Of a stretch of 64,000 bases of DNA, positions 57,729 to 64,000 are shown piece by piece. Numbering within the stretch: position 1 is the stretch's first letter; every line of letters starts with the position of its first letter. The stretch is taken from NCBI GenBank assembly GCA_963716395.1, contig OY970309.1, positions 96,001 through 160,000 of the forward strand. The letters run 5' to 3'. This stretch comes from an uncultured Fibrobacteria bacterium. GTDB taxonomy: Bacteria > Fibrobacterota > Fibrobacteria > UBA11236. A program made the translations under genes and the position numbers. The notes below the pieces were generated by a model, which searched no databases, was not told the DNA's origin, and was given only the letters and a program-made list of their open reading frames with translations.

Positions 57729-59024
57729 GTGCGTACCCAAAATGTCAAGGCGTCGGTACCGAAAAACCTTTTCCGCCTGTTGTGGCTCCTCTTCGCTGTC
57801 TTCATCCTATACGGCACCACCATTCCCTTCACCTTTAGCCTCGATCCAAAATATTTGCACTCCCGCTTCGCCCAGATCGAATGGTACCCCTTAGTCTCGA
57901 AACCGGGAGACCACCATTCCTTAACGGACTATGTGCAAAACATCTTGCTTTTCCTGCCTTTCGGATTCCTCGGATATTTTGCCGTCGCCGAGAAACGCTC
58001 GCGGTGGAAACCCTTCGCCGTCATCGTTTTGGGATCCTTGCTCAGCGCCTGCGTGGAATTCCTGCAACTTTTTTCCGAAACCCGCGTGACCGCGCTTACG
58101 GATTGGATTTGGAATACCGTCGGGACCGTCGGCGGTGTTGGGGCGGGAATTCTGTCACGCGGCATGCTGCGGAATCTGCGTGCGCGCCCGAGTCTGCGGA
58201 AATTTTTAGAGGCCGAATACGCGTACCCCGCCTTGATGTTCGGATTGATCGTGGTGGTCGGATTCTGGGAGCCCTTCGATTTTACGCTCGACGTCGGCAG
58301 CGTGCTGCCCAAATTGCGCGAAGTACTCGCGCATCCTTTCGCCTTGGACCCCTCGCCCGACGACATTCTGGCCTTTACCCGCTTTGCCTTCTTCGCCTAT
58401 TTCGCTTGTCGCCTGTGTAGACAGGTTCGTCCGGGTTCCGAATACTGGGGAGCTCTTTGCGCCTGTGCCCTCGGCAATTTCCTGGAGTTTTCTCAATTCA
58501 TCGTCGCTTCGCGCATGCCCGAATTCAATGACGCCCTGGTACTCACCGCGGGCGTGCTCTTGGGATTCGGCTGTTCCTACCTCCCGTATTTCCATCGCCA
58601 TCGGATCGCTTGGGGAATTGCCTTCTTGGGAGGGTATGGCGCCGCCATCGTCTTCAAGGATGTGTTTCCCCTGAAATGGTCACCGGTTTCGGGCGGATTC
58701 AATTGGATGCCGTTTCTTCCCTATTTCCAAAACACCTCTTTCCTGTCTTTATCCGACTTCATCGAACAAATCATGACCTATTTCTGTCTGGGTGTGATTC
58801 CCGCCTATTTGTCCGGAGGTCGCCGGGTGGTTTTTCTGGCGACTTTGGTTTTTGCCTTCCTGGTCAGCGCGGGAATCGAAGATGTGCAACGCTTTCTGCC
58901 CGCGCATACCGCCGATATCACCGACATCCTGGGCGCATTGGTGGGCGTGACCATCAGCCAATTCGCGATCACGCGTGGAGGGTCCCTTTACCGGGAATAT
59001 ATTCGGCCGCATACGCAGAGCTGA
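57729..59024 (+). CDS. Multi-VanZ-domain membrane protein
   Basis: NILLFLPFG...VEFLQLF..R...TDW..N..G motif, with two further E..Q.F...R/H..D repeats. Confidence 0.78.
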   Translation: MRTQNVKASVPKNLFRLLWLLFAVFILYGTTIPFTFSLDPKYLHSRFAQIEWYPLVSKPGDHHSLTDYVQNILLFLPFGFLGYFAVAEKRSRWKPFAVIVLGSLLSACVEFLQLFSETRVTALTDWIWNTVGTVGGVGAGILSRGMLRNLRARPSLRKFLEAEYAYPALMFGLIVVVGFWEPFDFTLDVGSVLPKLREVLAHPFALDPSPDDILAFTRFAFFAYFACRLCRQVRPGSEYWGALCACALGNFLEFSQFIVASRMPEFNDALVLTAGVLLGFGCSYLPYFHRHRIAWGIAFLGGYGAAIVFKDVFPLKWSPVSGGFNWMPFLPYFQNTSFLSLSDFIEQIMTYFCLGVIPAYLSGGRRVVFLATLVFAFLVSAGIEDVQRFLPAHTADITDILGALVGVTISQFAITRGGSLYREYIRPHTQS

Positions 59025-59069
59025 GTTGAGAGCCCGTCGCCCTCAGCCGCGCCGATTTACCTTTTTTGC

Positions 59070-60272
59070 ATGGGGTATGACGTCATCGTGGCCGGTGGCG
59101 GCATCATCGGCTTATCCTCCGCCTGGAAAATTTTAGAGCGCTTCCCAAACTGTAAACTTCTACTGCTCGAAAAAGAAACCGGGTTGGCCCGGCATCAGAC
59201 CGGGCGCAACAGCGGCGTATTGCATTCCGGAATCTATTATGCTCCGGGTTCCCTCAAGGCGAAACTTTGCCGGCAGGGCCGCCAAGAACTACTGGAGTTC
59301 GCAGCGGCGGAGAAGGTGGCCCACGAGGTTTGCGGCAAGGTAATCGTCGCCACCCATGAGGCAGAACTGCGACGTCTGGTGGACCTGGAATTGCGGGCCG
59401 GGCAAAACGGGTTGCCCGTCTCCCGCTTGGATGCCGCCGGGCTAAAATCCGTCGAACCCAACGTGCGCGGTCTGGCGGCATTGTTCGTGCCCGACACCGG
59501 CATCATCGATTTCGCGGGAGTGTGCCACCGGCTGGCGGAGCGCATTCGCAGGCACGGCGGGGAGATTCGCATCGGCCAGGGTGTCCAGCGGGTTTCCGGC
59601 CGGCGCGGTAACAAATCGGTTACCACGAATCAAAGCGCTTTCGTGGGTGATTTCTTTCTCAACTGTGGAGGGCTGTATTCCGATCGATTGGCGGTTTTAG
59701 ATGGGTTGCGACCCGAGGTTTCCATCATTCCCTTCCGCGGAGAGTACTTCACCCTGGCGCCCGGCGCCGCACATCTGGTACGCAACCTAATCTACCCCGT
59801 TCCCGATCCGGCCTTTCCTTTTCTGGGGGTGCATTTCACCCGCATGGTGCTGGGAGGCGTCGAGTGCGGCCCCAATGCGGTGTTGGCCTTCGGGCGCGAA
59901 GCCTATACCCGCTGGCAGGGAAACCTGCGTGATACCTGGGCGATTTTCCGCCACCCCGGGTTCCGCCTGCTGGCAAAAAGGTATTGGCGCATGGGATGGG
60001 GCGAATTCCGTCGCTCGTTCTACAAACCGGCTTTTGTCGCCGCCTTGCAAAGGCTGGTGCCCGCCGTGACCGCCGACATGTTGACTCCCCGGGCCGCCGG
60101 AATTCGCGCCCAAGCCCTGCAGCCGGATGGGAAGCTGGTCGATGACTTTTGCTTCGCCGCAGGCGACGGCAGCCTGCATGTGCTGAACGCCCCATCTCCG
60201 GCCGCCACCGCCGCCTTGGCCATCGGAGAGCATATCGCGCAGCGCTACGCAGCCATGGCCAATGCGAATTGA
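59070..60272 (+). CDS. lhgO: L-2-hydroxyglutarate oxidase
   Basis: GGGIIG, HQTGRNSGVLHSGIYY.PGSLKA, PFRGEY, YPVPDP.FPFLGVHFT, AGIRAQA, NAPSPAATA. Confidence 0.92.
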   Translation: MGYDVIVAGGGIIGLSSAWKILERFPNCKLLLLEKETGLARHQTGRNSGVLHSGIYYAPGSLKAKLCRQGRQELLEFAAAEKVAHEVCGKVIVATHEAELRRLVDLELRAGQNGLPVSRLDAAGLKSVEPNVRGLAALFVPDTGIIDFAGVCHRLAERIRRHGGEIRIGQGVQRVSGRRGNKSVTTNQSAFVGDFFLNCGGLYSDRLAVLDGLRPEVSIIPFRGEYFTLAPGAAHLVRNLIYPVPDPAFPFLGVHFTRMVLGGVECGPNAVLAFGREAYTRWQGNLRDTWAIFRHPGFRLLAKRYWRMGWGEFRRSFYKPAFVAALQRLVPAVTADMLTPRAAGIRAQALQPDGKLVDDFCFAAGDGSLHVLNAPSPAATAALAIGEHIAQRYAAMANAN

Positions 60273-60471
60273 GACTGAAATACGACCTCGAATGCCGCTA
60301 TGACTTTGGAACTCTCATCCAGCTCACCCTGTATGGCTGGCCGGCCAAAGTCGAAAATGGAGGATACGCCTTTGCATTTACAACACAGCAAGGTATAACT
60401 GTTAAAATCTAAGATCGCCAATCTTACTTTTAATTACACTTGTTCATTTACAAACCCATTCCCGCAGGAAC

Positions 60472-61872
60472 ATGTTCTGTTGTATGAATGGCAAAACTCT
60501 CCACACTCCCATGAAACTTTTTCGTTCCGAGTCTGATGCCACCAGCATTTGGAGTGTCGCCCTTCCCCTGGGGTTGATCACTCTTGTATGGATGGTTTTG
60601 CGGTGGCGCTTTTTCTTTGGCTTCCTTGGATATGATGACCTTTGGTATGCGAATTATGCCTCGAAATGGGGGGCGACACCTATAAACCATTGGGAAGTTC
60701 GTGTGCTTTTCACGGGTCTGATTCGTTTATGCACCGACCTTTTCGGAAAAAACGAATTTGGCACCACGGCACCCGCGCTTGCCTCATCCCTAGTGATGCT
60801 CTTCGTCATTTTTCGCCTCGGGTGGAAGCAATCGGGGCTAGTCGGAGCCTGTATTGGAGGAGCACTCTTCGCGCTGTTGCCCCAGGATATATTCTCCTCA
60901 ACCTCGGTGGATGTTGTTGCATTAACATCGGCGCTGTCTTCCGTAGGGATCCTAGTTCTCCTGGAGAAGCCCGGAAATTGGGGCGTCGTGCTTTCGGGGA
61001 TTTTCCTTGGCCTCGCGATATTTTCCCACTTCTATGCATTACTCGTGGTGGGCGCAGTTGCCTTTGCCTGGCTAATACATTCCGCCCCTGTTTGGCGGTG
61101 GAAGGAATCCACACTCCTGTTTTTAACAAGTATCGGAGTATTCCTGTTAGTTAATTCGCTGACCTTTTATTGGATGACTGGAAGCGTTCTCTTTCCATAC
61201 AAGGTATCGGCGGAATCGCACCTACAGACTTTTGGAGATATTGTTTACAATCTTAGTTGGCTTATCTGGCCACTCAAATCCTTTGTCTTCACGAATGAAT
61301 TCGGAATTCTTCTATTAGTGACGGCCGGCGCTTTAGCGGTAACTTGGAGAAAAGCAAATAAGGAAATTCGTTTTCTCGGTTTATTTTCGGCCATTTTTTT
61401 CCTATACGTGAATTGGGGGACCCAGCTTCCGACTCAATATCTTCCTCTTTGGCATTTGCCGAGATACTGGTACCCATTGGCGGTCCCAGTATGCGTTACC
61501 GTCGGATATTGCTTGAATCTGCTTCCTCGCCGCTTTGGATGGGTACTTGCTATCTCAACGGCCAGCATCCAAGTGCTCATGATTCTGATGGCAGGCCCTT
61601 GGGGGCAGAACGTGGAGGTCAGTAAGACACTTCTCCACTACGCCCAAGCCCACCCCAAAACCCGTTTTGCCACAGATGGACTCAGTTTGAATGAAATGTT
61701 CGTCCTCAATGGATGCACACCTCCGGCGAACATATTTCCAATTCGCAACCTGGTTCAACCCGAGTTTTATTCGGTACCGGAAAGCTCACAGATTAATCCA
61801 TCATCGCGACCGCTTTCTCCTCCTTCTCAACTTGAGCCAAGCCGGACGCAATGGATTTGCTCCCTTGCTTAA
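60472..61872 (+). CDS. GT-C (ArnT/PMT-like) membrane glycosyltransferase, possibly 3'-disrupted
   Basis: GYDDLWYA acidic motif after TM1, many TMs, PRY motif; low GC; same frame stays open after TAA to 62007. Confidence 0.65.
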   Translation: MFCCMNGKTLHTPMKLFRSESDATSIWSVALPLGLITLVWMVLRWRFFFGFLGYDDLWYANYASKWGATPINHWEVRVLFTGLIRLCTDLFGKNEFGTTAPALASSLVMLFVIFRLGWKQSGLVGACIGGALFALLPQDIFSSTSVDVVALTSALSSVGILVLLEKPGNWGVVLSGIFLGLAIFSHFYALLVVGAVAFAWLIHSAPVWRWKESTLLFLTSIGVFLLVNSLTFYWMTGSVLFPYKVSAESHLQTFGDIVYNLSWLIWPLKSFVFTNEFGILLLVTAGALAVTWRKANKEIRFLGLFSAIFFLYVNWGTQLPTQYLPLWHLPRYWYPLAVPVCVTVGYCLNLLPRRFGWVLAISTASIQVLMILMAGPWGQNVEVSKTLLHYAQAHPKTRFATDGLSLNEMFVLNGCTPPANIFPIRNLVQPEFYSVPESSQINPSSRPLSPPSQLEPSRTQWICSLA

Positions 61873-62257
61873 ATTGGCCTCCCAGGGCAAATGGGTCAAT
61901 ATTGGCCGGCTCGTTACCGCACCCTATCTAAATTCCTTCCAGAGATTATAGGAAAACGATCTTTCATGCTCCGGCATCCCCCCCCCGCGGTGGTAACTTT
62001 CCCCTGACGCGAAGATCGGGAACCTTCTTCGCGCGTGAATCCAATTGAGTTCTGCCCCTTCTTGCCGTTTTTATCCTACTGGTCGCAGGTATAGCCCCTA
62101 GCCTCCGTCCATAGGATTTGCTGTAGCATTCTACCTGTGGCACGACATCTTCAGGCCTCTAAATTTCGCGCACATCCACGGTGCGCTTTCCACCGTCGAC
62201 CTGGTAATTGTATTACTGGTAGTGTCTTGTATATTCAACGCAGCGAAAGGGAGCCCA

Positions 62258-63727
62258 TCACTTCATCAAGGTCACGACTTGCGTTTGGATTCGGTCGGAA
62301 TAATTCGCCCGTACGAGGTACATACCTGGAGCGTTTCCTGAAACATTCCACGTGAAGATACCCTGTGCCCCCGGCGTCAGTTCCGCAATCCGGGTTCCGG
62401 AAATACTGCGGATGGTCAAGCGTGTTGGAAATTCCCGGCCCGCCCCCGGGGAAAAGCGCACCACCTTGTCCATTTGATCCATTCGCATCTTCAGCGGACC
62501 AATTTGGGAAGACGGAGAGTCCTTCCCGATCGAGGCGGTGTTCAAATTCACCTTGAATACGTGAAAGATGGGACCGTCAAAATATCCCGTCCCGGGATCC
62601 GCTTTCATTTGCGAGATGAAAATCCGTTGCGTGGCAGGGTCATAAGCGGCCCCACCGATTAGGTGCTTGTCATCGCTTTCAAACGGCAAGTCGAAGGTCC
62701 ACACCGCATTAGGGGTAATTTCCCACGGCTGCATTTTTCCCTCATGCACTCGGGTGAAATCCATGGCGTCATAGGCCCATATTTGGTACACATAAGGGTA
62801 GGCATGATCCCCTTTGGAAGCGTCGGCCGGATCATTGCAATCCACTCCCCCGATTCCATAACAAAAATCCCCGACGCCATTGCTGCCGATAAATAAAATC
62901 GTCCGGGATCCATTGGGAAAAACCACGCCGTTGACTTGGCTGCATCCGTTGAACAAAGTGTCTATTCCCGCGGTCCCAAAGACACCCAAGGTGGGGTGGG
63001 CCGTGCTGTAGTACACCAAGGGATTGACGGGGACGGGATTTTTCACCCCCATATTGACCGGGTCGAAGGTGAAGGCGGCCGGTCCCCATGAAGTACGGGA
63101 TATGATGGGAATGCAGCATTGGCCCGTGATGGCCGGACCGCCCAGCGAGTCGCGCCAGGCCGGGGGCACCAAGGTCATATAACCCGATACGAATCCCGCC
63201 CCCATGGTTCCCAGTTGATAGGGACCGGTAATATCCCCCGTCAGCGCCAAGTTGGGGGAGGACACGAAATGCGACAGGACTTGGGTTGCATTCGCATCAT
63301 AATATGTCCATCCGGTGACGATGATCTTTCCGTTGTACGGCAAATACCCGCCGATGTCTTTCGCGTTTGGATCGCCGGGATTGATGTTTGGCAATCCCCC
63401 TTCGGTGATATCCGTGAAATTCTGGAGGAAGGTTGCGGTCTTCAGTTGATTCATGTCGCTGCTGTTGACGAGGGTCGGAATGCTGATTTCCGCCGTCAAT
63501 TGATCGTGGCTGGTTACCCATAGGGAGTTGTCGGCGGAATCATAGGCAATGGCCGTGCCTCCAAAGCTGAAATCGGTTTCCGGAACGCGGAAGGCGCCTT
63601 GATAAACCAAATTCGATTTTTGCAAAAGGGTCGCGCTTGCTTGCGCTGTGGCGGGAGTTGCGAGCCATAGGTGGAGTAAAACCGTTGCGGCGAAAATTCC
63701 CGTGCTCGATTGGATTTGAGTCGACAT
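62258..63727 (-). CDS. Secreted protein of unknown function with T9SS type A-like C-terminal sorting domain
   Basis: Signal peptide ATA-QA; C-terminus LTIRSISGTRIAEL...TWN..GNAPGMYLVRANYSDRIQTQVVTLMK; start ATG 63727 (GTG 63766 alternative). Confidence 0.75.
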   Translation of the reverse strand: MSTQIQSSTGIFAATVLLHLWLATPATAQASATLLQKSNLVYQGAFRVPETDFSFGGTAIAYDSADNSLWVTSHDQLTAEISIPTLVNSSDMNQLKTATFLQNFTDITEGGLPNINPGDPNAKDIGGYLPYNGKIIVTGWTYYDANATQVLSHFVSSPNLALTGDITGPYQLGTMGAGFVSGYMTLVPPAWRDSLGGPAITGQCCIPIISRTSWGPAAFTFDPVNMGVKNPVPVNPLVYYSTAHPTLGVFGTAGIDTLFNGCSQVNGVVFPNGSRTILFIGSNGVGDFCYGIGGVDCNDPADASKGDHAYPYVYQIWAYDAMDFTRVHEGKMQPWEITPNAVWTFDLPFESDDKHLIGGAAYDPATQRIFISQMKADPGTGYFDGPIFHVFKVNLNTASIGKDSPSSQIGPLKMRMDQMDKVVRFSPGAGREFPTRLTIRSISGTRIAELTPGAQGIFTWNVSGNAPGMYLVRANYSDRIQTQVVTLMK

Positions 63728-63784
63728 GCTGATTGCCTTTCCAAATAATTTCCAAATAGTTTTCACGTTAGGCTCACGACATGC

Positions 63785-63793
63785 ATTATACCA
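63785..63793 (-). promoter_or_regulatory. Extended -10 promoter (TGgTATAAT)
   Basis: Reverse complement of ATTATACCA; upstream of the 62258-63727 gene. Confidence 0.6.
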
Positions 63794-63805
63794 CCTCAGT
63801 TCCCA

Positions 63806-64000
63806 GTTATGGTACGTCTAACGTTTCTTAACCTGTGCGATTTTCGTCCTGAATTGCCCGGTGGTAGCCGCCAGGGTAAACACCTTGGGGTTTTGGGCGT
63901 GCTTTTTGTTTTATTTCTGAATTGCCTTTACCAAGGAGGGCGCATTTCGGAATGCCCCGCGACGAGTCCGTTTGCCCGTGATTTCCCCAAAACCAGCGCT
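63806..64000 (-). pseudogene. IS630-family transposase 3' remnant (runs off window)
   Basis: ERWF/GEITGKRTRRGAFRNAPSLVKAIQK*NKKHAQNPKVFT...KI matches the IS630 C-terminal pattern; one frameshift and one internal TAA. Confidence 0.8.

Noticed and set aside
59070-60272. lhgO within a polysaccharide region as a novelty
   Set aside because: LhgO-family genes are commonly found near surface-polysaccharide loci
1-64000. CRISPR array, rRNA, prophage or anti-phage defence genes
   Set aside because: No regularly spaced repeats or recognisable cas, rRNA, phage or defence motifs seen by eye

Overview
GC-rich bacterial chromosomal window. The rplM-rpsI-rpsB-tsf-pyrH-frr order, a group II GGGP synthase, T9SS-type C-terminal tails and CsgG/PEGA/TPR envelope proteins suggest an FCB-group organism, probably Fibrobacterota (inference). 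Contents in order: 3' part of alaS coupled to an archaeal-type geranylgeranylglyceryl-phosphate synthase; an inverted xylB-xylA-PAS/AraC block; a translation/envelope superoperon (rplM rpsI rpsB tsf pyrH frr uppS cdsA dxr rseP purD DUF3108); small genes (H1-like basic protein, YqeY, Bfd-like, THUMP-like methyltransferase, Zn-ribbon protein); an 18-kb minus-strand envelope cluster (TamB, TamA/Omp85, PEGA, [tRNA-Cys on +], CsgG-like, TM/Pro-rich/TPR, TolB-like, TPR, Opp/Dpp ABC system with embedded lipoprotein and fused double ATPase); an FlhB-cytoplasmic-domain gene with a partner-switching module; a parvulin/TPR lipoprotein; a surface polysaccharide/glycosylation region (Wzc, two GT4, acyltransferase, PL26/RIFT-like protein, beta-helix protein, AsnB, two GT-C, GT2-GtrA, VanZ, LhgO); a T9SS-type secreted protein; and an IS630 remnant at the right edge. 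No CRISPR array or rRNA seen. Best leads: the Tol-like/ABC envelope operon, an apparent AUC start for rpsI, the alaS-coupled GGGPS, the FlhB-C/anti-sigma operon with a perfect 38-bp palindrome, and a lyase-fold protein in the EPS locus. All family calls are by motif recognition; no searches were run.
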